From the NCBI GenBank assembly GCA_964016885.1, contig OZ024741.1, positions 146,630,001 through 146,694,000 of the forward strand: a DNA stretch of 64,000 nucleotides, in the 5' to 3' direction. This DNA is from Eledone cirrhosa. Taxonomy: Eukaryota. A program made the position numbers and the translations under genes. Shown one piece after another: positions 26,686-37,959 of this stretch. Below the pieces are notes generated by a model that was given only the letters and a program-made list of their open reading frames with translations, did not search any database and was not told where the DNA came from. Positions within the stretch are counted from its first letter, which is position 1. Each line of letters starts with the position of its first letter.

Positions 26686-27173
26686 ATCCATAGTCCTTAT
26701 ATCTAATGTGTGGACACACTGAATGGAAAAAGTTGTTTTTGTTTTCCTCCATTCAGTGGGTTTATACACCCCATTATTAAAAAATATTATGGTGAAGCTT
26801 CTATTTCTATTTCAATTCTAAACTTTGTTCACCACATCCCAAACATACTTCCTTTATCATTGTTATCATCATTGTCATTTCAATGTCCACTTTCCCTGCT
26901 AGCAAGGGTTGGACAAGTCTATATAGACCAAGTCAGTACTGAAGCAAAACCAATGATCTTTCAGGGGTGTCAGAGACCTGTGCAATTATGTACAGTCTCA
27001 CATTCCATCAGGTGCTTAGGAGATGTTGTCATGCCTTTGATGCAACCGAGGATTCTCCCAACCCTTTGTTTGGCTGGATGCCCTTCCTATTACCAACCAC
27101 TTTACAGCATGCATTGGGTGTGTTTATCATGTAGATCACCAACACTAGAGCAGTTGTCATGCCCTTGACTAAT

Positions 27174-27213
<40 letters not shown>

Positions 27214-28214
27214 GAGCATAAAGTTTTTCCACACTGAACTTTTGTTTCATCGATGCCATTTTGTTACTGAAAATTATGACTACTTCCTATAGAAGAGAAA
27301 AAGTAAAACATGTTCACAAATTTAAATTATAAATTAAAACAATGAAAAAGTAAAATCTCAAGATATGGTATTTTATAATCAGAGAAAGATGTATGCTTAT
27401 ATATATATGGCAAGTCAGCCTGTCTAATTCTATATACCATCCTCTTGTCTACTGGTTACAAGCAGAAATCCAGTTTAGGTTATATTTTACAAAACACCTT
27501 TCACATGGCTGGAGTGGTGGGGGTGCTTCACTACCATCTGATTAGAATCTACCATACACCTCATCTAATAAGAATCTATGGACACACCCATAATACTGGA
27601 GTTTTTATTTTAATAATATTTATTTCCTAATGTTCAATAGTTAATCTTTTCAAAAGCTCTTTAATTGGAATTTTTAGAAATTTTTGAAATGTTTTTCAAC
27701 TATTTTAAAAGTTTCTAAGCTCTTTATAAAGATTTTCTAAAATTTTAATTTTTAAAGATTTTTTATTGATTTTTTTAAAAAATGTTTGAAACATTTATTG
27801 TATTCTTGTGAAATTATAATCTTTTAATCTTGTGTAGTTTTGCAGGCGATGGATTGGTAGAAATACTTGCAATATTGGACTAGGTGTATTTTAATGTCTA
27901 TTCACCTCCTTTCACCACTTTCATTTATTAACTCCTGCATCACATTAAAAATTAAAGTTTTTAACCTTACTCTAATACTGCAAATGTTTACAACACCTTG
28001 CCCACTAGGAAAATATTATAAACATTTCAATTAATAAACCTATTTTTATTTATTTTCTGTTAAACCATTCCAGGATGTTAAGAATTAAGTATATTTTTAG
28101 TGTTTAGATTACTTTAGTATACATTATATTAAAATATGTTTTGAAACAGTGAACAGGTTTGAAATTAGAAAATAGAATAGCTTTCACCGTATTTTTTTAC
28201 TAAAGAAATTTGTA

Positions 28215-28460
28215 GTTTGATAATGGGGTTTAGAACCCTCAGATAAATGGAAAAAGATGAGTTTTGACGTACATGGGAGTCAAACCCACATCTTTGGTTA
28301 TCCAGACCACTGTGCTACCATTTACACCAACACAGGGTGACGTGTTGGTGTAAATGGTAGCACAGTGGTCTGGATAACCAAAGATGTGGGTTTGACTCCC
28401 ATGTACGTCAAAACTCATCTTTTTCCATTTATCTGAGGGTTCTAAATCCCATTATCAGAC
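28215..28460. repeat. Inverted repeat with 119-bp arms and an 8-nt spacer
   Basis: Arms 28215-28333 and 28342-28460; two mismatches seen, both near the outer end. Confidence 0.97.
28339..28410 (+). pseudogene. 72-nt tRNA-like cloverleaf (anticodon position GGA); pseudo-tRNA or element head
   Basis: Acceptor GACGTGT/GTACGTC, D arm GTGT/GCAC, anticodon arm TGGT/ACCA with loop CTGGATA, 4-nt variable loop, T arm GTGGG/CCCAT with loop TTTGACT, TTTTT at 28420-28424. It lacks the Ser long arm, has T at 37 and C56>T. Confidence 0.75.
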
Positions 28461-28614
28461 ATTATATTAGTATCTGTGCTTACATCCTATAACTTAATAC
28501 AACAAAAATAAGTACAAGGGTTGATGAAATTGACTAAATCCTTGTAAACTGATGCCCAAGTATGTCACAGTCAAATGACAGAAACAAGTAAAAGAATCAG
28601 AGAATACATATATA

Positions 28615-28911
28615 CAAATGTACCTCGGTACTCATGGGAGTTATGTTCATAGAGCACCTGTGAAGTGCAAACAACTGTGAATATTGGATGTGGCCTATAA
28701 ACATCAAAATATAATGTAAAACATAGGCCAGCAAATATGGTATATTATTAATAATTTAGTATTAAAAAGCGTGAAAAAATATATATTACCATGAAAAAGA
28801 CATTAAAAAATCACAGAAGATATTTACGATTCTGCGAATATGTGGTGGTTTCCATGAACAATTATTAGTTAGATTCTAAGGAAAATCCGTGAATGTCACG
28901 ATTACACTGTA
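28615..28911. mobile_element. Degenerate Tigger-like MITE
   Basis: TACCTCGGTACTCATGGGAGTTATGTTC start and ...TACACTG|TA end resemble Tigger termini. Confidence 0.4.
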
Positions 28912-29243
28912 TATGTCTGAATGTGGTTGTAATGATGTGATTGTAAACATATATCATGTAGGAAACGAAATATATAAAAACCACGATAACACAAAGCCAC
29001 TATGTTACAAATTTATTGAATAGAACTTGTGCCAAAGTTATATGAAAATGCACGAAGAAGAAATAAACACAGATGAATTATGTGACGTTATTTGTCAAAA
29101 TGTGTATGTGTGTTTGTATGTAAAAGAATTATTAAAGGTGTAGTTACTAAAACTTTGTTTTGAAATACAGATGAAAGAATGTTGCTGAGCCCTTGTCGAG
29201 ATGGCCAAAGGTTTTGAGCAGGTCAATTTGATGCATCCCTTTC

Positions 29244-29319
29244 GAGGTGAAAGCAAAATAACTTCTTCTTTCACTCAGAGTAGACTTAGTGAAAGAAGAA
29301 GTTATTTTGCTTTCACCTC
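29244..29319. repeat. Perfect 32-bp-arm hairpin with a 12-nt loop
   Basis: Arms 29244-29275 and 29288-29319. Confidence 0.93.
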
Positions 29320-29957
29320 AAAATGACCTGTCACTCCAGATGTACTGCCGACAGCTGAAATAACAGAGAAATGACAATTAGATGTCCCCTGGGGGTCAGT
29401 CCTTGAAGAGATTACACTACAAGTATGTATTCATGTATTTTTGCACAAATGGATAAAATGGATACCTTTCTGGGCTTGAAGAGAGAGATTGGGGGGATGG
29501 GGCGAACATAGCCAAAGAAGTTTGTTTCACTATAATTTAGGCCTAGGGTCAATCCCACTGCATAGCATCTTGGGCAAGTGTGATTTATCATAACCTCAAG
29601 TCGACACTAGATGGAAACTGAAAGCAAATCAGATGGAATGTACCTGTAATTTATAGGGTCAGCTTTATCACACATGGTATCATGCTGAATCACCCAAAGA
29701 ATTATGTGACAAATAGACTTGTAGTGAGCAGCAACATACTCATTAAGTGTTCCAGATGACTGGAATAATCATCATATATATATATTCATACAAATGCATG
29801 CATACATACACATCTCTGCTAATATGTAGAATGCAATGGAACTCCTTTGTTTAGACGATGAGTGTTCAATCCTCTGATGAATGGAACAGCCTCATTATAT
29901 ATTAATGTGTATGTTGCTACACCCTGCAAGTCTATCTGTAATATATATATATATATG

Positions 29958-30162
29958 GTGTAGGCACCATGGTAAAAAAGCACCCAGTACTTACTGTAAA
30001 TGAGGTTGATGTTAGGAAGGGCATCCAGGTGTAGAAATCAAGCCAGAATCTGTTCTGTATGAGCAATACATAGTACCCAACCTGCCATTGCCCACAACAG
30101 GACAATCCATCAAACCCATGCTAGCATGGAAGAATGGACATAAAACGGTGATGATGATGATG

Positions 30163-30163
<1 letters not shown>
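29958..30163 (+). mobile_element. Short 3' fragment of RTE family 1 or long-tail SINE
   Basis: Matches the LINE terminal UTR; (TGA)n tail runs into (TA)n. Confidence 0.8.
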
Positions 30164-30205
<42 letters not shown>

Positions 30206-30233
30206 CATACATATATATATATATAAATATATC

Positions 30234-30548
30234 ATGTGTTGTTTCCTTGAGCAAGACACTTTATTTCACATTTCTCCAGTTTACTCAGTTGTAGAAATGA
30301 GATGATAGGGACTGGGGTCCCTATCATTCCACTGTAAAGTGATCGTGGAGGTGCCACGGCAAAAAAAGCACCCAGCCCACACTGTAAAGTGGATGTGTAG
30401 GTGCCACGGCAAAAAAGCACCCAGCACTCACTGTAAATGAGGTTGGTGTTAGGAAGGGTATCCAGCTGTAGAAATCAAGCCAGAATCAGTTCCCGTCCCA
30501 CCCTTGCAAGCAGGGAAAAGTGGACGTAAAATGATGATGATGATGATA
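30234..30548 (+). mobile_element. 5'-truncated SINE family A carrying two 48-bp units
   Basis: CORE segment, hairpin, duplicated GGTGCCACGGCAAAAAAGCACCCAGC unit, short tail and (TGA)n. Confidence 0.85.
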
Positions 30549-31103
30549 TATATATATATATTTTATTTTTTTTATTCTCATATATTTTTTTCATTTTTTT
30601 CATTTTCATATTTTATATTTTTTATATCTGTATCGACCTTCAGCCTGACACTGCTTTGACTGATACACTCCCTTCCCTGTATATATCACTTGCATGTATG
30701 TGGTTGCGCGTGTGTGTGTGTTTATACGCGTGCTTTCATACTTGTATGTGTATATATTTCAATCCTGAGTCCCTGAGTCTGTATGTACGCTAACGCTATT
30801 ATCTTACAATTTTTTTTTTCAACATATATTATATACGTATTTGTGGTCACACATACACTGATATGCTTGCCCTCATGTATGTATTTACGCACACATTTTT
30901 TCACTATACACATGCATTTGTACATACACACATATGTACATTTGTAGGTGCATATACACACATTTATACACATACCCTTACTATATTTCCTTATTTTATT
31001 TTTATATATCTCTTGCTTTACTTTTATTTATATATATTAATTTTTTGCCCGTTAAACTTTTGCCTTTCTTGAGGAGATTTTTCAAATATTTCACTATGTT
31101 TTA

Positions 31104-31181
31104 AATTGCCTTGTCTGACGAACGAATGAGGACATTTCTTGTATTCGTCTTATTCGGGAAACCTCTGGTAATGAGGTAATT
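31104..31181 (+). ncRNA. Type-I hammerhead ribozyme
   Basis: Stem I 31104-31114/31171-31181 (11 bp with G.U pairs), CTGACGA, 9-bp stem II, GAAA-CC-tct-GG-TA. Confidence 0.7.
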
Positions 31182-31229
31182 ATATTGTATTGTTTATTAT
31201 ACATTATATATATATATATATATATATTA

Positions 31230-31735
31230 TCGTTGTCGTTTTAACATCTGCTTTTCCTAATAGCAAGGGTTGGACAAGTCCATATAGACCAAGTTCATAC
31301 TGAAGTGGAGCCACTGACCTCCGAGGCAAGCCAGAAACCTATATCAGCTACAGCAACAACTACAGGTTTCTACACATTCCATCAAGTGCTCAGGTGAGGT
31401 TGTTATGCCTTTGACATAACTGAGGCTCCTCCCAACACCTTTTTAGCAAGATTTCTTCAGCTGGATGCTCTTCTTATTACCAATAATATTACAATGACCC
31501 TTTGTTTGGCAAGTTTTCTATGGGTGGATGCCCTACTATCACTAACCACTCTACAGCATGTACTGGGTGCATTTATCATGTAAATCACCAACACTAGGGA
31601 GGTTATCATGCCCTTGACACGACTGGTGGGTCCCTCCGACCCTTTGTTGGACAAGTTTTCTATGGTCTGATGCCCTTCCTGTCACCAACACACTAGGGAG
31701 GATGTCATATCCATAACACAACTGAAGGGTTCTCC
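31230..31735 (-). mobile_element. Old RTE-tailed repeat with internal duplications (relatives at 22860-23240 and 26858-27170)
   Basis: Shares the tail and GGATGCCCTTCCT module with family 1; the module occurs three times. Confidence 0.6.
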
Positions 31736-33242
31736 TGTATATATGTATATGTGTGTGTGTTAGGTAAGTGTGTAACTAAAGTTACAGGTGGTGCATCATT
31801 CCAAGTACTCAGTTGTTTCAATATCGATCAGTTTAGGGTACAATCATAATGACTGGGAACCCTGACTCTTCCTCAACATCTCATCAGATATGGGAGTTTA
31901 TATTTGCGAAGACACATTCAAGCTGTTGATAGAGGTGAATGGATCCATTCATATACACTTATTAATGAGTTTTGAGGGAGGAAGAAAGATAGGTAAACAA
32001 ATAACTATAAAGTTACAAGACAAGAAAAAGAATAAAAGTAAAAAATAAAAATATATAAATAAACATAAAGGAGGCCAGAAGATAAAAAAGATAGGACAAC
32101 ATGGAAAATAAGAAAATCAAAATAAAACCTACTAATAGAAACAAATCTGAAATAGTAATAGAAAAATATAAAGAATAAATCAGTGACAACCACTGCTATC
32201 ACTATATCAGCTGCAACAACAACAATGACAGCAACAACATAACTACATATGGCAGCTATGATAAAAACAGGAGTTTTAATGCCAGCTGTGTCTCATAGCG
32301 TGATTGTAGGCAGTCAGGTACATCAATATCAATAACAACAGCAGCAGCAACATAACAGCTACACCAAAACACCAGTGACACAACCCAACATCAGTCAAAC
32401 CATAACTTAACATACTATTCTGAGCAAAAGTTTTTAGATAAATATAAACACTTTAAAACAAAATGTTTTGAAATACTGTACCTGTGACAGTTTCAGGCAA
32501 ATTAGTATCAAAAGGGTTTATGCTTTTGTTATCAAGCTGGCCAGAGCTGGGTCTGGTTCTATAAAATGAACCAGCTATTTTATATCTTTTGTGACCATAT
32601 TTCTAATGAAATACATTGTATTTTAATTAATTAATGAAGAATTCGAAGAATTTACTAAAATTATCAATTATTTCCTGATCATGATTAAGATGATATTTTA
32701 AAAATAACAAATGGTACTTATATATAACTAGCTTGCTCTGTGATGTCAAAAATGATGGCTAATTGTAATATCTATGCATAATATAAAAAAGAGATGTTGG
32801 TTGGCTGGTTGTTTCCTTCATGCTCACTCACACAAGTGATACAAACATACGAACACACAGCTGAGATGAATCCTAGAATGCTGGACTTCTATAGTTTCTC
32901 TGCCCCTCTTTCTTCCGTCATCACAGAGATGTGTGTGTATGTAATAATTATCTTTTCTAGGTGTGTCTGTTTATGTCTGTTTATATATATGTACACTCAC
33001 ACAAATATTATATATAAATATAATTTACAGAAATACACATATACACACGCACAAACACTCACATAATCATAACAGCCAATGTGTGTAGCCAATTCATTAT
33101 ACATATACACACACATGTTAAATGCTGCTTTCTGTAGTTTGTCATCACCCACCTCCTTCCTCAGTCGGTGTCATCACCCCTTCCTTCCTTAGTCATCTCT
33201 AGTGTGTGATGGACAAATACACATTGGCTTTTATTATAGTTA

Positions 33243-33778
33243 CGGTGAATTGGCAGTATTGGTAGAGGGTCGGACGCCATGCTTTGACGCATAGAGTTAC
33301 GGCCCTTGCCATTCTGAGTTCAAATCCCGCCGAGGTTAACTTTGCCTTTCATCCTTACGGGGTCGATAAAATAAAGTACCAGTAATACACTGGGCAATTG
33401 CTGGCTTTGTGCCAAAAGTAGAAACAATTATAGTTACGGCCCTTGCCATTCTGAGTTCAAATCCCGCCAAGGTTAACTTTGCCTTTCATCCTTACGGGGG
33501 TCGATAAAATAAAGTACCAGTAATACACTTGGTAACTGCTGGCTTTGTGCCAAAAGTAGAAACAATTATATTATTGAATTAGCGCGGTGGATTGGCAGTA
33601 TCGGTAGAGGGTCGGACGCCATGCTTTGCAGCAAAGAGTTACGGCCCTTCATGGTCTGAGTGCAAATCCCGCCGAGGTTAACTTTGCCTTTCATCCTTAC
33701 GAGGTCGATAAAATAAAGTACCTGTAATGCACTGGGATAATTGTCGGCCTTGTGCCAAAAGTAGAAATAATTATATTA
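33243..33778 (+). mobile_element. Three head-to-tail copies of SINE family B (full, 5'-truncated, full)
   Basis: Units start near 33243, 33431 and 33583, each ending GTGCCAAAAGTAGAAA(C/T)AATTATA. Confidence 0.9.
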
Positions 33779-34753
33779 CTGAATAAATGGAATAAATGAA
33801 ATCATTATATTACTGATTATGTTAAGAGGTTTTAATTTAAAATGAGTGGTTTTGTTCCATAGAACCAGAGGTGGTTTGGGGTAGGTTGGTATCAAAAGGG
33901 TTAAGTTACTATCTTAGTAATGAAATAATTAATAATTGAGGTAAATGCCTGAATATTCTTCATTAATTGATTGAAAGGGTTACATTTTATAACATCACAA
34001 TATATCATTTTTCAGTTACTTTCATTCAAATAGGGATTCTTGAATTGCAATTACTTTGCCCTTACCATTTTTACTTTCTTTCACTTTCTCCCATTTTATA
34101 AATTCTTGTCTGTCTCTTACCTTTTTCTGTCTATTTTTCTAATGTTTGTTGTTTATCCATAATGTATAAGTATAGAAAAAAACTTAACACTGTCTGGATT
34201 GGCATTTTGTATAGTATGGATTCCTGATGGAGTTGTAGATGCTCTGTAGTAATATACAGCATGCCTTGGGCATTTAAAACCGGGTAAATGCATATATTTA
34301 TAGACCTTTGACTCCTGATGGAGTCGTAAGTGCACTGTAGTAACGTTCATTGTATCTTGGGTACTTTAAACCTAGCAAAGCCCATTCCCCCTCCATGCCT
34401 GATCACATTTGATTTCTTGTAGAGAAGGTAAAAGCGATAAAGAGAAAGTGCAATAGGCATTACATGCTTAATAAAAGTTAATTATATCACTTAGCAGTAT
34501 ATTGTGGGTGTTTAATGTTAAAACTAGCAGTTACTATCAACAACTGAATGACCAATGGAAACATATCAAATTTATTTTGGTTTCCTTTGGAAATAAATTC
34601 TACTGTTATTGTCAGTGTGTGAGTGTGTGTGTGTGTGCGTGTGCATGCATGTGTTTTACATCTACAAATCTCTCACATCTGCCTATGTTTGAGGTGTACT
34701 TACACATCTTGGCATTCTCCCACTCACCTTCATATATGCTTATTGATATGGAG

Positions 34754-35093
34754 GGAGGCACATGGCTTAGTGGTTAGAGCATTGGCCTTGCAATCGAAAG
34801 GTTGTGAGTTCAATTCTCACACCGGGTGATGTGTTGTTTCCTTGAGCAAGACACTTTATTTCACATTGCTCCAGTTTACTCAGCTGTAGAAATGAGATGA
34901 TAGGGACCCCAGTCCCTATCATTCCACTGCAAAGTGGTCGTGGAGGTGCCATGGAAAAAAAGCACCCAGCACTCACTGTAAATGAGGTTGGTGTTAGGAA
35001 GGGCATCCAGCTGTAGAAATCAAGCCAGAATCAGTTCCCGTCCCACCCTTGCAAGCAGGGAAAATGCGGACGTAAAATGATGATGATGATGAT
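34754..35093 (+). mobile_element. Full-length tRNA-CORE SINE family A, short tail
   Basis: A box TGGCTTAGTGG, B box GAGTTCAATTC, CORE-like domain, RTE-derived 3' part, (TGA)n tail. Confidence 0.92.
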
Positions 35094-35744
35094 ATGTGTG
35101 CATATGTAAGCACCCATTTTTATCTATATCTGTCCATGTCTATCTCTGTCTATCTATTCATACGCATATAAGCATATGTATGTGTGTACCTACGTTTATA
35201 TTAGTAATTATCTGATTCATTCAACTAATGTTATTTATTAAAAAAATATTAATTAAGCTCAATTGCTGAATAAAGAGTTCAGAGTATTAAAATAGAGAAA
35301 TCTAATTGCAATTTTATTAATTAGCATGTAACAAAAATGAAGATAGCTTGTTGATTTAACATTCTCATTCAATTTGATTATTGTAAATTGTTTAATTTAA
35401 TGTGTATTAGATCTCAGAAATATTCTGAATGTTTGATCGACCTTAAACATCCTGTCACATATAAACATTGGCAGCAATGTGTAATAACTAGTGATAAAGA
35501 ATATGCAAACTAAATAGAATTAAAATTGATAGCTTCCAAGCATTTAATTTCAGTGTATTGTAGCTTGAAGGTATCCTTGTGTCTTGGATCAACCCCCTAA
35601 ACATCCAGTCAATCCTAATGGCTGAAGAAATGCAATGTATAGCAACTATAGAAATAATGTGAAGAATCACTGAATTAGTATTGATAGCATGCAAGCATTT
35701 AGCACAAAGCACATAGCATATGTGCTTCTTGCTATTAGGTGAAA

Positions 35745-35972
35745 CCATGACAACAAGCATCACTATCACTATTACCATAGCCGCCACCACCATCACCACT
35801 ACCATCGCAATCACCACTAACACCACTATCATCATCACTGCCACAATAATCATCATCACTACTACAACTATCACCACTCCCACCATCACAATCACCACTG
35901 TCATTACCACCAACATCGTTACCACCACTATCGCCAATGCCTCTACCAACATCAACACCACCACCACCACAA
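35745..35972. repeat. Degenerate (CAC/CAT)n trinucleotide tract
   Basis: Read directly; produces the Thr/Ile-rich and Val/Met-rich pseudo-ORFs. Confidence 0.9.
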
Positions 35973-37789
35973 TTGATTGTACATTTGAATCCATAAAATA
36001 GAGTAGCTTGGTCTAAATCTGTTATCTATTTTGTGTGTGAGTGTGTTTAAACCATTTGTTTATGTCCTGCAACTTAACAGTTTGACAAAAAAAGATTGAT
36101 TGAGAAAGTATCAGACTTTAAAAAATAGGTTCTGGGGCCAATATTATCTACTAAATCTCTTTAAGGAGATGCCCCAGTATGGCTACCATCTAATGACTGA
36201 AACCAGTAAAAATAAAACAAAAATAATTAAAATAACTTAAGTCTATTACCTCTCCTCTTTTATTTTATTTTATTTTATTTATTTAAATATCATTTGAACA
36301 TTTATAAAATTGAAATTAATAAACAATATAATAACTTTTTTATTTATGAGATTGAAAACTATAAAACAGTGAAATAATTTTAATGAGACATATCTTTGAC
36401 TGTTTGATATTGTTTTGCAGAAGATGAAAGGTGTGGTCACTGAATCGGGTAGAAGTAACAGTCAAATCTTCCTGAACAAATTGTTAAAGATCAAGTCAAC
36501 TACCTTCCCACTCCACATATTATTTCATAAACATTTATAAGACAGAAACTAATAGATCAATGATATAAAGGCGATCTTTTCATTATAATGCTTTCTTTTC
36601 AGTTTCTCAAATTAATGAGATTTTGAAACAAATGAAGACATTATTATTATAGCAATTATAATTCTAAAGTAATGAAGGAAATATTGTACCATTCAAAAAG
36701 TGACAAGCTATAAATTCTAGTGATATATAAATAACCATAATATAACCAAACTCTGTAAGAAGCTGTCAACTACACTTTATAAATGAATCCCAAGAAATCA
36801 TAACATTCTCAAATTGACCAAAACTACTTTCTATACTTCCACTGTGAACACAACCAAAAGCTTTAACCCTTTTGATACCAAATCTCCCCTGGCTTTACAG
36901 TATGAAAGTTTTGATGTACGCATTCAAAGTTAAATGTTTGTACAGCACCAACACTACAAATAACAACAACAGGAACAATAATTTAAATTGTTTCATTCAG
37001 GACATGTCAACCCAAGCCTTGTGAGTAGAACTGAGTAGACAGAAGCTGCATGGAAGCCTACTGGAGAGATTGTATCTTTAATTCAAAGATACTGCTTTGT
37101 CACATCTTGTGTCATATTGATATTTCTTAGGAACTAAGCTAAGAGTGCATGTGACTATGGAATACACAACCACTTACACATTAATTCACAAGGCTCAGCC
37201 CACCAAAATCCTGAATCCTCATTATTAAAACTAACATGGGATCCATCATTCAATTCACTCAGTGAAATTTCTTGAATTTTCTATAGTTGTCTCTGCAATG
37301 TTTAGTTTAAACAAGGAAAACATACTTTATACTAATACAAATCAATTATCAAAGAGAAAACAGCTATAAATGGAGAATAAAAATGTGTTGTGATGCTCTA
37401 AATAGCTAAAAGGTGATGTGATATTTGGAAAATATTCTATATTTCTATATTTAGATATATTGAAATGATTTGTGTATAATTATAGGTAAGTTTATTTGGG
37501 CAAGAACCATCAATTAAAATATGACTTTTTAGAAAGAACTACACAAGTAAAATCATCATCATCATCATCATCATTTAAAGACCATGTTCTCTGTTAGCAA
37601 AGGTTAGAGGGTCATCACAGACAAAATCAGTACATAATCAGAGTTACTGACTTCTTAGATGGGCTATGAGGTCTGCAATTCGCATGATTTAATTGAATGA
37701 TTTAAAAAATGTTATATAGAAAGAAATTCCATATTTTGTCAATGGAAACTTTTAAGGAAGCTACAGATAGTATATTTAGTCAAACACAT

Positions 37790-37827
<38 letters not shown>

Positions 37828-37959
37828 TATATATAGGTAGTACAGGCGAGATAGTTGTTGATAAATTTTAGATATTATATTTGGGAAAAGTCATGTCTTA
37901 ATATTGCCAAAAATAGTAAAACAGACTCACAGTGAATGTGTTTTACTATTTTTGGTTAC

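Noticed and set aside
28339-28410. Functional tRNA-Ser(GGA)
   Set aside because: No long variable arm, a pyrimidine at position 37 and a T-loop of TTTGA; kept only as a tRNA-like element.
31800-31895. Minus-strand CTGATGA...GAAA hammerhead-like motif
   Set aside because: Stem II pairs, but stem I and the UH site are not convincing.
34754-34825. Functional tRNA genes at SINE heads
   Set aside because: A and B boxes are present, but the acceptor stems are incomplete and the sequence continues into SINE bodies.
34897-34922. Resemblance to the bacterial tet operator half-site TCCCTATCA
   Set aside because: The half-sites are in the opposite order and belong to a multi-copy SINE, so this is coincidental and not vector contamination.
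35488-36001. Hydrophobic 168-aa ORF and Thr-rich mucin-like ORF
   Set aside because: Both come from a degenerate (CAC/CAT)n tract, with no supportable splice sites or domain.
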